A DNA stretch of 64,000 nt from Gemmatimonadota bacterium (GCA_009692185.1 SHZT01000014.1:48-64047), one strand, 5' to 3'. Positions 9,911-19,648 are shown, numbered from the stretch's first letter. Made by a program: numbers and translations. Notes: generated by a model not told the origin, from the sequence alone.

Positions 9911-10189
9911 GCCAACAAGGTCCCCGGTCGTCGGTCACGACGGCCGGATGACTCGCGCGACGGGCGCCAGGGAATCGAACGTCACGCTCTGGAAACCGCA
10001 GGATTTGCATGTCGCCGGGGAAACGCACATGTTTTATGGTGGTCCGAACCAACCCAAGCGGCTTTCCTAACCTCGCCGACGGTCAGGCGCGCGTCGCTCA
10101 CGTCCCTCCGTTTCCGAGTGCTCCGGACACCGGACACCGTACGGATGAGCCGCCCTCGTTCCACTTGAGGGCCCGACGTGGGGGTTGCC

Positions 10190-11002
10190 ATGAACCATGA
10201 CTCAGTAGGCAACACCGACTGCTCCACCTGTAGTGTTCGAATCGGGAAGCCTTGGCCGGGGCTCTCCGCCGTTTGCGCAGCACTCCTCCTTTCGATAGCC
10301 GCCTCCGCACCGGCCCAGGATCGCACCACTTCGGGAGGGGTCGCCGCGCCCGGCTCGCTCCTCGCCAGTGCGGCCGGGGCCCGCGCTGCCGGCAGCATTT
10401 CGGGCACGGTGGTGGAGGCCGCCACGCAGAGTCCGGTGTTCGGCGCGCTCGTGGGGTTCGGTATCGCCGGAGCGCACGTCAGCACGGACGCCAACGGCCG
10501 GGTCACGGTGGCCGATCTCCCCGGGGAAGTGGTCGCAATTCAGGTCCGTGCGCTCGGCTACCGGCCGGTGATTGACACGGTTCAGGTCGGCGACCGGAAC
10601 ATCCGCATCCGACTCACCCAGGTTGCGGTGTCCCTCGATGCGATCGTCGTGACCGGCACGGCGGGTGCCACCGAGATGCGCGCCGTCGGGAACGCCGTGA
10701 GCAAGATCACGGTGGCCGACGTGCTCCAGAGCGCGCCGGTCATCGACGTCCACTACCGGCGGTTTGTCAGCCAACCGTATCATGGCGAGGATTTTTATGA
10801 TTTCAGCGCTTTGCTGTACGCCGCGAGCCTCACCCCCACCCATCGTCGGCTGGGCGAATTGTACGAAGCGCGGGGCGAGCGGGAGAAGGCCTTGGAGCAT
10901 TTTGGGAAGTTCGTCGAGCTGTGGAAGAACGCGGATCCCGAGTTACAACCGGTGGTGCGGGACGTGCGGGCGCGGATCGCGCGCCTGACGGCGGAGCGCT
11001 AG
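10190..11002 (+). pseudogene. Chimeric ORF: SusC/TonB-dependent receptor N-terminus fused in frame to the TPR C-terminus of another gene
   Basis: Signal peptide, carboxypeptidase-regulatory-like domain and TonB box (LDAIVVTGTAG...VGNAV) up to about 10750; then HRRLGELYE...FVELWKNADPELQPVV. No plug or barrel. Confidence 0.7.
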
Positions 11003-11018
11003 CCGAGGCTACGGCTTG

Positions 11019-11063
11019 GTGCCGCTTGATGCGTTTAAGGCGGTCCTCGCCGACCGCTACCGT
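11019..11063 (+). pseudogene. Possible truncated start of a Ser/Thr protein kinase
   Basis: VPLDAFKAVLADRYR resembles the 'L..ALADRYRIERELG' kinase N-terminus; similarity stops at the TA boundary. Confidence 0.45.
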
Positions 11064-11081
11064 CGCGCGTTAACCGCGCGT

Positions 11082-11480
11082 TCACCCGGATCTCGCGCGC
11101 AAGAAGGTGGACGGAAGGAGGATGCGAACGCCTCCGACCGTCCGGCCGTACAACGAGCCGAAGTGGGTCACATCTCCCGTCAGTAAGTGGCTGCACGCCG
11201 CCTCAATCGCGGCGCCCAGGATCGGGCGGTCCTTTTCCGGAAGCGCCACGTCCTGCGGCAAGGGGGCATAGGCGAGGTGTTCCACGATCTCCAGCGTCGT
11301 GGTCGACTTTACCAGGCGGTCCCGCTGGTCGGGTCGCTCGAGGTTGAGTCGAGCCTCTTCCAAGGCGTAACGCGACGTGACCAATTGCGTGTCGGGCAAC
11401 CGCCAGAGGCGCAGCAGGCCCGCGTCGGCACGGTAGGCTGCGGAAAAGAGGATGTTGGCGTCGAGAAAGACGCGATCCAC
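11082..11480 (-). CDS. PIN-domain toxin
   Basis: VFLDANILFSAA, EEARLNL, KDRPILGAA, LLTGDVTHF. Confidence 0.9.
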   Translation of the reverse strand: MDRVFLDANILFSAAYRADAGLLRLWRLPDTQLVTSRYALEEARLNLERPDQRDRLVKSTTTLEIVEHLAYAPLPQDVALPEKDRPILGAAIEAACSHLLTGDVTHFGSLYGRTVGGVRILLPSTFLRARSG

Positions 11481-11483
11481 GTC

Positions 11484-11825
11484 CTATTTCCGGCCCGGCC
11501 TGCGATGCGGGATATGGGTGGGATCGAGGCCGAGCGAGCGGACCTCCGCGACCGCGCGGCGGTAGTCCGCGGTGTCGGTGGCGTTTGAAAGGAGGAACTC
11601 TGCGCGTCGTGAGATGCTGTACCGCTCGACCGGGAGCGCGACGGCTGGGCGGAGCAGAATACCGTCCTCGCGCTGCTCGGCGATCAGTAGCACGCCTTCT
11701 TCGATACCATAGCGGCGACGGAGGGCGGCCGGCATTACCAGAGTGCCGCGCTTGCCCACCGTGATCCTTCCGGGTGCCGCTGCCGGCGGCGCTGGCGGTG
11801 GCTCCCGCACGAGTCGTTTCTTCAT
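11484..11825 (-). CDS. AbrB/MazE/SpoVT-family antitoxin
   Basis: ITVGKRGTLVMPAALRRRYGIEEG...DGILLRP swapped-hairpin motif. Confidence 0.9.
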   Translation of the reverse strand: MKKRLVREPPPAPPAAAPGRITVGKRGTLVMPAALRRRYGIEEGVLLIAEQREDGILLRPAVALPVERYSISRRAEFLLSNATDTADYRRAVAEVRSLGLDPTHIPHRRPGRK

Positions 11826-11862
11826 GATTAACAGAGTAGCTGATTATCAGATATTCTGTCAA
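11826..11862 (-). promoter_or_regulatory. Sigma70 promoter with operator palindrome (leaderless)
   Basis: Minus strand TTGACA-N18-TACTCT-N7-ATG; palindrome CTGAT-T-ATCAG in the spacer. Confidence 0.75.
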
Positions 11863-11890
11863 CGCGCCACTCGGTCCCGCGACATCTCTT

Positions 11891-12325
11891 TTACGGTAGC
11901 GCCTCCGGCAGCACGACGAACCCCTCCTGACGCGCCGCCTCGGCCAGGCGCGCGTCGAGTGTGACCAGTTCGCGCCGGCGAGGCTGATCCTCCACCCATA
12001 CCAGCGCGGCGGCCAGCTGCAGCGCGTCCGCTGCGCGCAGCGGATGAATCCGAACCAACCGTTCGGCCCGAGTCCGGAGTTCGACCGTCGGGGCAACCAC
12101 CACCGCCGCGGCCATGATGTCCCCGAGCCGATCGAGCGCGGTTTCCCGGATCTGCTCGGCGATGGTCTTGTCTCGCACGCGTCGCGCGAGACCCGACGCG
12201 CATTCCACCGGCGTGGCCCACCAGACCACCAATGGATCGGGGCCGCGCGCCAGCTCCCGCAAGCGCCCGGTCGGCGTCTCCCGCAGGCAGAGGGGAACCA
12301 GCGCGGAGGAGTCCCAGAACCTCAT
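11891..12325 (-). CDS. vapC: VapC-family PIN toxin
   Basis: FWDSSALVPL, VECASGLAR, LRAADALQLAAAL, VTLDARLAEAARQEGF. Confidence 0.9.
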   Translation of the reverse strand: MRFWDSSALVPLCLRETPTGRLRELARGPDPLVVWWATPVECASGLARRVRDKTIAEQIRETALDRLGDIMAAAVVVAPTVELRTRAERLVRIHPLRAADALQLAAALVWVEDQPRRRELVTLDARLAEAARQEGFVVLPEALP

Positions 12326-12615
12326 CGGCCGGATTCTCGCTCTTCGAGAACGGCCTTCAGGACGGAGTCGCCGGGATCCTTGGGCAAAGGGAGGTCCCAG
12401 AAGTTCCTCGGGAGCCGGCCGCGGCCGATCGCGAGCAGGCCGCGGCGCTCAAGCAGCCTCAGCCGCTCGGGCTCGGGTTGGTCAGCCGACGGAACCGGCA
12501 CCAACTTGGCCACCGGCCGCCCCCGTTCCGTGACGAGCAGCTCCTCCCCCGCCTTGACGCGGGCCAGGTACTTGCTCAGCGACGCCTTGAGTTCGGATAC
12601 CCGTGCAGATTTCAT
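12322..12615 (-). CDS. Phd/YefM-family antitoxin
   Basis: VSELKASLSKYLARVKAGEELLVTERGRPVAKLVP. Confidence 0.92.
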   Translation of the reverse strand: MKSARVSELKASLSKYLARVKAGEELLVTERGRPVAKLVPVPSADQPEPERLRLLERRGLLAIGRGRLPRNFWDLPLPKDPGDSVLKAVLEERESGR

Positions 12616-12643
12616 ATGACCTTAAGGTGAAGTATATATGACC
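12614..12643. promoter_or_regulatory. Probable TA operator
   Basis: ATATGACC direct repeats at 12614 and 12636, and palindrome ACCTTAAGGT, in an AT-rich patch. Confidence 0.5.
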
Positions 12644-12745
12644 AAGATAGTCCTGAACGGAGACTTTTGCCACGCGTCCAAAGACATCCGGCCCATCTCC
12701 GGTTCCACTACTCCCAATTCTCCTGCGCTGGTACGTTCCACCGCT

Positions 12746-13438
12746 ATGGACACGGCCGCCCTGGCGGAAAACCTGGCGAGGGTACGCGACGACATCGCCG
12801 GTGTGCAAGTCAAACAGGGGCTTTCGCACCTGGTGCGCATCATCGCCGTTACCAAGGGACACGGCGCTGAGGTGGTGAAGGAAGCGGTACACGCCGGGCT
12901 CACCGACGTGGGAGAGAACCGGGTGCAGGAGGCCGTGGCCAAGCAGGCGGAGTTGGTGGGGTTGCCGGTCCACTGGCACCTGATCGGCCACCTGCAGACC
13001 AACAAGGCGAAGCTGGTGCCGGGCGCCTTTACGATGGTGCACTCGGTGGACTCACTACGGCTCGCCGAAGCGCTCGCCGGCGCAGCGCACACGGCGCACG
13101 GGGAACGGTTGTCGGTCCTGCTCCAGGTGAATGTGGCGGGCGAATCGCAGAAGAGCGGCTGTTCGCCGGAAGAGGCGCCCGCGCTGGTCGAGCGGATTTC
13201 CGCCCTGCCGGACCTGTCACTCGAAGGGCTCATGACGATGGCGCCATTCACCGACGACGCACGGGTTCAGCGGCCGGTGTTCGAAAAGCTGCGCCGCTTG
13301 CGAGACAAACTGGCAACACCCGCACGCCCGTTGTCCGAGCTGTCGATGGGCATGTCGGGCGACTACCGGGCCGCGGTGGCCGAAGGGAGTACGATGGTAC
13401 GATTGGGAACGGTCTTGTTCGGCGAGCGCGCCGCGTGA
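12746..13438 (+). CDS. yggS: YggS/PLPBP pyridoxal-phosphate homeostasis protein
   Basis: [38 protein letters not shown]. Confidence 0.95.
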   Translation: MDTAALAENLARVRDDIAGVQVKQGLSHLVRIIAVTKGHGAEVVKEAVHAGLTDVGENRVQEAVAKQAELVGLPVHWHLIGHLQTNKAKLVPGAFTMVHSVDSLRLAEALAGAAHTAHGERLSVLLQVNVAGESQKSGCSPEEAPALVERISALPDLSLEGLMTMAPFTDDARVQRPVFEKLRRLRDKLATPARPLSELSMGMSGDYRAAVAEGSTMVRLGTVLFGERAA

Positions 13439-14268
13439 CGAAGTCTGCGGGCATGTCCGCCGCCGTCGCGCGCGCGGTGGACGCTATCCGGAGGGAGCAC
13501 GCCGCCGCTCCGGATGTCGCGATCATCCTGGGGACGGGCCTCGGCGGGCTGGCGAAGGAGATCTCCGTCGCCGCGTCCATCGGTTACGAGAAGATCCCCG
13601 GGTTTCCGCTGTCCACGGTGGAGAGCCATGCCGGTCGGCTGCTGCTGGGCACGCTGAGCGGCAAGAACGTCGTCGCGATGCAGGGGCGCTTCCACCTGTA
13701 CGAGGGGTACTCGCCCCAGCAGGTCACGTTCCCGGTGCGGGTCATGCGCGCGCTGGGGGCGAAGACGCTTTTCGTGTCGAACGCCTGCGGTGGCATGCAT
13801 CCGCTCTGGGCGCCAGGGGACCTCATGCTCATTTCCGACCACATCAACTTGCTGGGCGCAAACCCGCTGGTTGGGGCGAATGACGAACAAATGGGCCCGC
13901 GATTCCCCGATATGTCCGCCGCGTACGACCCCGGCCTCCGTGACCTCGCGCGCGAAACGGCTCGCGAGCAGAAGATCGTCCTTCGCGAAGGTGTCTACGT
14001 CGCGGTCACCGGGCCCAACCTGGAGACCGCGGCTGAATACCGCATGCTCCGCGCGATCGGCGCCGACGTGGTGGGCATGTCCACCGTTCCCGAGGTGATC
14101 GTGGCGGTGCACGGCGGCATGCGCGTGCTCGGCGTGTCCATCATCACCGATGCCTGCCTTCCGGACGCCCTCGAGCCGGCCGATATCACGAAGATCATCG
14201 CGACCGCGGAGAAGGCGGAGCCGAACCTGACTCGCCTCATGCGGGGCGTGCTGGAGCGTCTGCGCTGA
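13435..14268 (+). CDS. punA: Purine-nucleoside phosphorylase (trimeric type)
   Basis: [43 protein letters not shown]. Confidence 0.95.
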   Translation: MTKSAGMSAAVARAVDAIRREHAAAPDVAIILGTGLGGLAKEISVAASIGYEKIPGFPLSTVESHAGRLLLGTLSGKNVVAMQGRFHLYEGYSPQQVTFPVRVMRALGAKTLFVSNACGGMHPLWAPGDLMLISDHINLLGANPLVGANDEQMGPRFPDMSAAYDPGLRDLARETAREQKIVLREGVYVAVTGPNLETAAEYRMLRAIGADVVGMSTVPEVIVAVHGGMRVLGVSIITDACLPDALEPADITKIIATAEKAEPNLTRLMRGVLERLR

Positions 14269-17200
14269 TGGCCTACGAGCCGCTGGGGAACCTCACGCCT
14301 GACGCGCTGGAGCGGGAACTCCTGGCGCGGTGGAAGGACGAGAAACTCTTCCAGCAGACGCTCGCCGCGACCCGGAACGGCACGCCCTTCGTGTTCTACG
14401 AGGGCCCGCCCACGGCCAACGGCAAGCCGGGTGTCCATCACGTGTTCGCCCGGACTATCAAGGACCTCATCTGCCGGTTTCACGCGATGCAGGGCGAGTC
14501 CGTCACGCGGATCGCCGGGTGGGACACCCACGGCCTCGCGGTCGAAATCGAGGTGGAGAAAGCCCTGGGGCTTTCGGGCAAGCCGGACATAGAGAAGTTC
14601 GGCGTCGAGGAGTTCAACCGCCGGTGCCGCGACAGCGTGTTCCAGTACAAGAAGGACTGGGAATCGCTTTCCGACCGGATCGCCTACTGGCTCGACTACG
14701 ACCATCCATACGTCACCTACAGCAACGAGTACATCGAGTCGGTCTGGTGGCTGCTGGCCCAGCTCCACAAGAAGGGGTTGCTCTTCGAGGGCCCGAAGGT
14801 CTTGCCGTACTGCATTCGCTGCGGGACCGCGCTGTCGTCCCATGAGTTGGCGCAGGGTTATGACACCCATAAGAGTCCCTCGATCTATGCGCTGTTCAGG
14901 TTAGCGGATGGGCCGATGAGCGGATGGGCGGATGAAGCGGGTCCATCTGCTCAACCGCCCATCCGCGCATCCGCCCGTCACCTGCTGGCCTGGACCACGA
15001 CGCCGTGGACGCTCCCGTCCAACGTCGCGATCGCGGTGAATCCTGACTTCACGTATGTGGAGTTGGATGTTGACGGCACGCGGTTGATTGTCGAGCAGGG
15101 CATTGCCGAGCGGAAGTCCATTCACGGCGCGACGCACGGAAAGCCGCTGGCCAGTTTCCCGAAGCTCGGCGAGTTCAGCGGGCGTGAGCTGGTCGGCTGG
15201 CGCTACCACCAGCTGATCGACGCGGTGCCCGTAACCGGCGACGCGTTCCGCGTGGTCGCCGGCGATTTCGTGACCAAGGAAGACGGCACGGGACTGGTGC
15301 ACATGGCGCCGGCGTTTGGCGCCGACGACTACGCCACGGTCAAGCGCGAGGGGCTGGCATTCTTCAACGTGGTGGACCCGTCGGGGCGGTTCGCCGGGAC
15401 AACGTGGGCCGAGATCAATGGCAAGACCGTCTTCGAGGCAACCCCGGTCATTGCGGAGCGCCTGGAGAAGGAAGGAAAGGTCTTCGGGCGCTATGAGCCC
15501 GAGGGTCACGAGCATTCGTATCCGTTCTGCTGGCGCTGCGACTCGCCGCTCATCTACTACGCCAAGCTCTCCTGGTTCGTCCGGACCACCGCGTTCAAGG
15601 ACCGGATGATCGAGTTCAACCGCGGGGTGCATTGGCACCCGCCGGAAATGGGCACCGGCCGGTTCGGCGAGTGGCTCGAGAACAACGTGGACTGGGCGCT
15701 GTCCCGCGACCGGTACTGGGGGACCCCGCTGCCCATCTGGGTGTGTGGCACGGACACCGCGCACAAGGCGGTGATGGGGTCTTACGCGGACCTCGAGGCG
15801 AGACTCAAGCGCGGCGGGCAGGGCCTGCCGAAGGATTTCGATCCGCACAAGCCGTTCATCGACCGGCTCACCTTCCCCTGTGACCAGTGCAGCGGGACGA
15901 TGAAGCGAGTGCCCGAAGTGATTGACGCGTGGTTCGATTCGGGCGCGATGCCCTGCGCGCAGTGGCACTATCCCTTCGAGCACGAGAAGGAATTCAAGGC
16001 CCATTTCCCGGCCGACTACATCTGCGAGGGCATCGACCAGACGCGCGGATGGTTCTACTCCCTGATCGCCATCGCCACGGGCGTGTTCGACCAGACAGCC
16101 TATCGCAACGTCATCGTCAACGGGCACCTGCTCGATCCCGACGGCCGCAAGATGTCCAAGCGGCTCGGCAATTTGGTGAACCCGTGGGAAATGATCGAAC
16201 GTTTTGGAGCGGACGCCGTTCGGGTGTTCCTCCTGGCCTCGGGCCAGGTGGGCCTGCAGAAGCGCTTCGACCCCAACGCGATCCGCGAAGTCGCGCTCGG
16301 GTTTCTCACCCGGCTCCGGAACACCTACGGGTTCTTCGCCTTGTACGCCGAGGACTGGAGACCGGCGAAGGCCACGCCGGTGGCGCGGCGGCCGGCGGTG
16401 GATCGCTGGCTGGTGTCACGCCTGGACGGGCTCACGCAGGCGGTGCGGGACGCGTGGTCCGGCTACGATGTCACGGCCGGAACCCGTGCGATCATCGAGT
16501 TCTGCGACGACGACTTGTCCAACTGGTATGTCCGCGTGAACCGCGCGCGGTTCTGGGCCCCGAACGCCGCCGCCGACCCGCTCGCGCTCGAGACCCTTCA
16601 CGAGGCGCTGGCGACGGTCGCGCGGCTGGTGGCGCCCGCAGCGCCGTTCCTGTCGGACGCCCTTCACCGGCGGCTCGCGCAGACGCCGGTGCACCTCGCG
16701 GGGTTTCCGGACTCCGGGGGTCGTCGGGATACCGGACTCGAGTCCGCCATGTCGGCCGTGCGGGTGCTCGCGTCCCTGGCCAGGGCTGCCCGGGAAGACG
16801 CCGGCATCCGGGTTCGCCAGCCGCTCTCACGGCTCAAGGTCGCGCTGCCCCGATCGGTGAGTCCCGAGGTGTTTCGCGAACTGCTCGATCTCCTCCAGAT
16901 CGAAGTCAATGTGAAGGACATCGAGGTGGCGCATGCTGAAACAGACATCGTGCGCCTGAAAGGGAAACCGAACTTCCGGACGCTCGGTAAGGTCTATGGG
17001 AAGGACACGCCGCGGGCCGCGGCGGCGGTCGCCGGGTTGGGCGTGTCAGAGCTGTCCGCCCTGGAACGTGGAGAATCCGTTCGGATCAGCAGCCCGGACG
17101 GCGAATACGACTACCGGCCGGAAGACGTCGTGGTCGAGCGGGAGGTGGCCGCCGGGCTGTCGGGCTGGCTGGTGAAGAGCGAGGGCCAGTACGTCGTGGC

Positions 17201-17636
17201 GCTGGACCCGGCGCTCACACCGGACCTCGCGCGGGAAGGCATCGCGCGGGAGGTGGTGAACCGCGTGCAGCGAATGCGCAAGGAAGCGGGCTACGAGTAC
17301 TCGGATCGCATCGAATTGAGCGTCAGCGGCGCCCCGGAAATAGTCGAAGCCGTTCGCGCGGAGAAATCGCTTATTTTCGGGGAGACGCTGGCGCGGTACC
17401 TGGTGGAGCACGCCGAGCTCGCTGACCCGGACATCAAGGAGTCGGTGGACATAGACGGCCGGGGTGCCGTGATTGCGCTGAAGCGATGGGTGGAGAAGGA
17501 CGAGAAGAAGAAGACGGTGGTGGGTCAGGCGATGGTGAAGAAGAAGACGGCGCCGGTGAGAAAAACGAAGGTAAAGAAGGCCGTCGTGAAGAAGAAGGCC
17601 GCGAAAAAGGCGAAACCACGCAGGAAAGGGAAATGA
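14268..17636 (+). CDS. ileS: Isoleucine-tRNA ligase, type 2
   Basis: EGPPTANGKPGVHH, GWDTHGL, WTTTPWTLP, SRDRYWGTP, EGIDQTRGWFY, KMSKR; Lys-rich C-terminal tail. Confidence 0.97.
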   Translation: MAYEPLGNLTPDALERELLARWKDEKLFQQTLAATRNGTPFVFYEGPPTANGKPGVHHVFARTIKDLICRFHAMQGESVTRIAGWDTHGLAVEIEVEKALGLSGKPDIEKFGVEEFNRRCRDSVFQYKKDWESLSDRIAYWLDYDHPYVTYSNEYIESVWWLLAQLHKKGLLFEGPKVLPYCIRCGTALSSHELAQGYDTHKSPSIYALFRLADGPMSGWADEAGPSAQPPIRASARHLLAWTTTPWTLPSNVAIAVNPDFTYVELDVDGTRLIVEQGIAERKSIHGATHGKPLASFPKLGEFSGRELVGWRYHQLIDAVPVTGDAFRVVAGDFVTKEDGTGLVHMAPAFGADDYATVKREGLAFFNVVDPSGRFAGTTWAEINGKTVFEATPVIAERLEKEGKVFGRYEPEGHEHSYPFCWRCDSPLIYYAKLSWFVRTTAFKDRMIEFNRGVHWHPPEMGTGRFGEWLENNVDWALSRDRYWGTPLPIWVCGTDTAHKAVMGSYADLEARLKRGGQGLPKDFDPHKPFIDRLTFPCDQCSGTMKRVPEVIDAWFDSGAMPCAQWHYPFEHEKEFKAHFPADYICEGIDQTRGWFYSLIAIATGVFDQTAYRNVIVNGHLLDPDGRKMSKRLGNLVNPWEMIERFGADAVRVFLLASGQVGLQKRFDPNAIREVALGFLTRLRNTYGFFALYAEDWRPAKATPVARRPAVDRWLVSRLDGLTQAVRDAWSGYDVTAGTRAIIEFCDDDLSNWYVRVNRARFWAPNAAADPLALETLHEALATVARLVAPAAPFLSDALHRRLAQTPVHLAGFPDSGGRRDTGLESAMSAVRVLASLARAAREDAGIRVRQPLSRLKVALPRSVSPEVFRELLDLLQIEVNVKDIEVAHAETDIVRLKGKPNFRTLGKVYGKDTPRAAAAVAGLGVSELSALERGESVRISSPDGEYDYRPEDVVVEREVAAGLSGWLVKSEGQYVVALDPALTPDLAREGIAREVVNRVQRMRKEAGYEYSDRIELSVSGAPEIVEAVRAEKSLIFGETLARYLVEHAELADPDIKESVDIDGRGAVIALKRWVEKDEKKKTVVGQAMVKKKTAPVRKTKVKKAVVKKKAAKKAKPRRKGK
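14903..14975. repeat. In-frame palindrome with 4x8-nt arms inside ileS
   Basis: AGCGGATG GGCCGATG AGCGGATG GGCGGATG - loop - CATCTGCT CAACCGCC CATCCGCG CATCCGCC. Confidence 0.8.
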
Positions 17637-18016
17637 ACAAAAAGCAATTGGCGCATTTCGAGAAGCGGCTCCTGGAAGAGCGCAAGCGGGTCCAGAAGGA
17701 ACTCAGCGGGTACAACGAGTCCTTCAGCGCAACCCTGCAGGGCTCCGATGGGGACCTGTCGTCCTATTCCTTTCATATGGCGGACCAGGGCACCGACGCG
17801 ATGGAACGGGAAAAGCAGTTTCTGTTCGCCTCGCAGGAGGGCCGTTATTTCTGGCACGTGAACGAGGCGCTGCGCCGCCTGTACGAGACGCCCGAGAAGT
17901 ACGGGAAATGCATGGAGTGCGGCGAAGAAATCGGGTTCGAGCGGCTCGACGCCCTGCCGCACGCGCGGCTCTGCATCACGTGCAAGGCCAAGGAAGAAGA
18001 TGGCAAACGGCGCTAG
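17633..18016 (+). CDS. dksA: TraR/DksA C4 zinc-finger protein
   Basis: HMADQGTD, YGKCMECGEEI..RLDALPHARLCITCK; ATGA overlap with the ileS stop. Confidence 0.88.
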   Translation: MNKKQLAHFEKRLLEERKRVQKELSGYNESFSATLQGSDGDLSSYSFHMADQGTDAMEREKQFLFASQEGRYFWHVNEALRRLYETPEKYGKCMECGEEIGFERLDALPHARLCITCKAKEEDGKRR

Positions 18017-18527
18017 CCGGAAGCTGTTCTGGGGCATCGCGGCCGCCGTGGTGCTGGCGGACTTCGTCACCAAGCTGATCGCGGTGGCGACCCTGAGCCG
18101 TTTGCCGGTCCGGGTCATCGGCGACTTTGTGACGTTCCAGCTGGTGTACAACCCCGGCGCGGCGTTCGGCATCCACGTGGGAGCCTACTCGCGCTGGGTG
18201 TTCATGGCGCTCGCCCTCCTGGCGCTCGTGGTGCTGGGCAGCATGGTGCGCGAGACGACGGCGATGCAGTGGGTGCGGCTCACCGCCCTGGGCGCCGTGT
18301 GCGGCGGCGCGGTGGGGAACCTCATCGACCGGTTCCGCAGCGCCCGGGGCGTGGTGGACTTCATCGACGTGGGAGTGGGCAACATGCGGTGGCCCACCTT
18401 CAACGTGGCCGACATGGCCGTCACCTGTGGCGCCGTCGTCCTGGCGGTGGTGTTGTGGACGGAAGGGCGCGACAGCGATGAGCGTGCCCATGACCCGGCG
18501 GCCGCTCCGGTGTCGTCGTCCTCCTGA
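18000..18527 (+). CDS. lspA: Lipoprotein signal peptidase II
   Basis: NPGAAFG, GGAVGNLIDR, VVDFI, FNVAD. Confidence 0.95.
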   Translation: MANGASRKLFWGIAAAVVLADFVTKLIAVATLSRLPVRVIGDFVTFQLVYNPGAAFGIHVGAYSRWVFMALALLALVVLGSMVRETTAMQWVRLTALGAVCGGAVGNLIDRFRSARGVVDFIDVGVGNMRWPTFNVADMAVTCGAVVLAVVLWTEGRDSDERAHDPAAAPVSSSS

Positions 18528-18589
18528 CGCCGCTCGCGCTGAGCGAGCACCGCGAGCGAAGGGTCTCTCCGCCCCTTCTGTTCCAGGTC

Positions 18590-19555
18590 GTGGCGCCGTT
18601 GACCGAGCGCCTGGACCGATTCCTCGCCGAACAACTGTCGCTGTCCCGTACCCAGGCCGCCCGGCTCCTGGGCGTCGGGGCCGTTCACGTCAACGACCAG
18701 CCCGCCCGCGCTTCGCGCACGCTGGTGCGCGGCGACCTCGTGCGCATCGATTTTCCGGCGGAAGAGCCGCGCCGCGAGGTGACGCCGCTGGAGCTGCCGC
18801 TCGTCGTCGTATTCGAGGACGAACATCTCCTGGTGATCGACAAGCCGGCCGGCCTGGTGGTGCACCCGGCCCCGGGGCATTGGGACGACACGCTGGTCAA
18901 TGCGCTCGCCGCGCGGGGCACGACGCTCTCCGCCGGAGTTCGCCCCGGCATCGTGCACCGGCTGGACCGCGACACCTCGGGCCTGCTCATCGTCGCGAAG
19001 ACCGATGTTGCGCACCGGAAGCTGGCGCACGCGCTGGCGGCGCGCCGCATCGAGCGCACCTACGCCGCGCTCGCGTGGGGCCACCTCGATCGCCCACGCG
19101 AGGTGGACGCCCCGATCGCAAGGAACGCGAAGGACCGGAAGCGCATGGGCGTCGTCGCCGGCGGCCGCGCGGCGCTGACCCGGCTCCACCCGATAGCGCG
19201 TTACGGCGCGTGCGACCTCTTGCGGGTGACGCTCGGGACCGGGCGCACCCACCAGATTCGCGTGCACCTCGCGCACATCGGGCATCCCGTGGTGGGGGAC
19301 GTGGTGTACGGTGGCGGCGGCGCGCGCCGCGTGTCGGGCCCCGAGCGCGGGGCCGCCGAGGGCCTCGACCGCGTGACGCCACGCCAGGCGCTGCACGCCG
19401 CACGCCTTGCCTTCGCCCATCCGGAGTCCCGCGAATGGCTGACATTCGTGTCGGATTGGCCGCCCGATCTCCGGCCGGCGCTCGCAGCCGCGGCCGCCGA
19501 TGAAAGTCTGCTTGCTCGCCCCAATGTGCTGGAGTATCTTGGCTTCCTGAAATGA
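18590..19555 (+). CDS. rluD: RluA/RluD-family pseudouridine synthase
   Basis: S4 domain, DKPAGLVVHP, HRLDRDTSG, GRTHQIRVH. Confidence 0.93.
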   Translation: MAPLTERLDRFLAEQLSLSRTQAARLLGVGAVHVNDQPARASRTLVRGDLVRIDFPAEEPRREVTPLELPLVVVFEDEHLLVIDKPAGLVVHPAPGHWDDTLVNALAARGTTLSAGVRPGIVHRLDRDTSGLLIVAKTDVAHRKLAHALAARRIERTYAALAWGHLDRPREVDAPIARNAKDRKRMGVVAGGRAALTRLHPIARYGACDLLRVTLGTGRTHQIRVHLAHIGHPVVGDVVYGGGGARRVSGPERGAAEGLDRVTPRQALHAARLAFAHPESREWLTFVSDWPPDLRPALAAAAADESLLARPNVLEYLGFLK

Positions 19556-19648
19556 CTTGGCTCCTGTCAGGGAGCCTCCTGGAACGACAGCCCCACCGCA
19601 CAACGCCTCATCATTTCCGGGATCTCCGCGCGCCCTTGGAGGGCTCCC

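Noticed and set aside
9924-10180. Possible riboswitch upstream of the SusC-like ORF
   Set aside because: Hairpins are present (e.g. 9924-9947) but I could not identify cobalamin, TPP or other consensus motifs; an Rfam/Infernal scan would be needed.
17620-17636. Programmed frameshift fusing ileS to dksA
   Set aside because: No X XXY YYZ slippery heptamer in the ileS frame; an ordinary ATGA coupling explains the junction.
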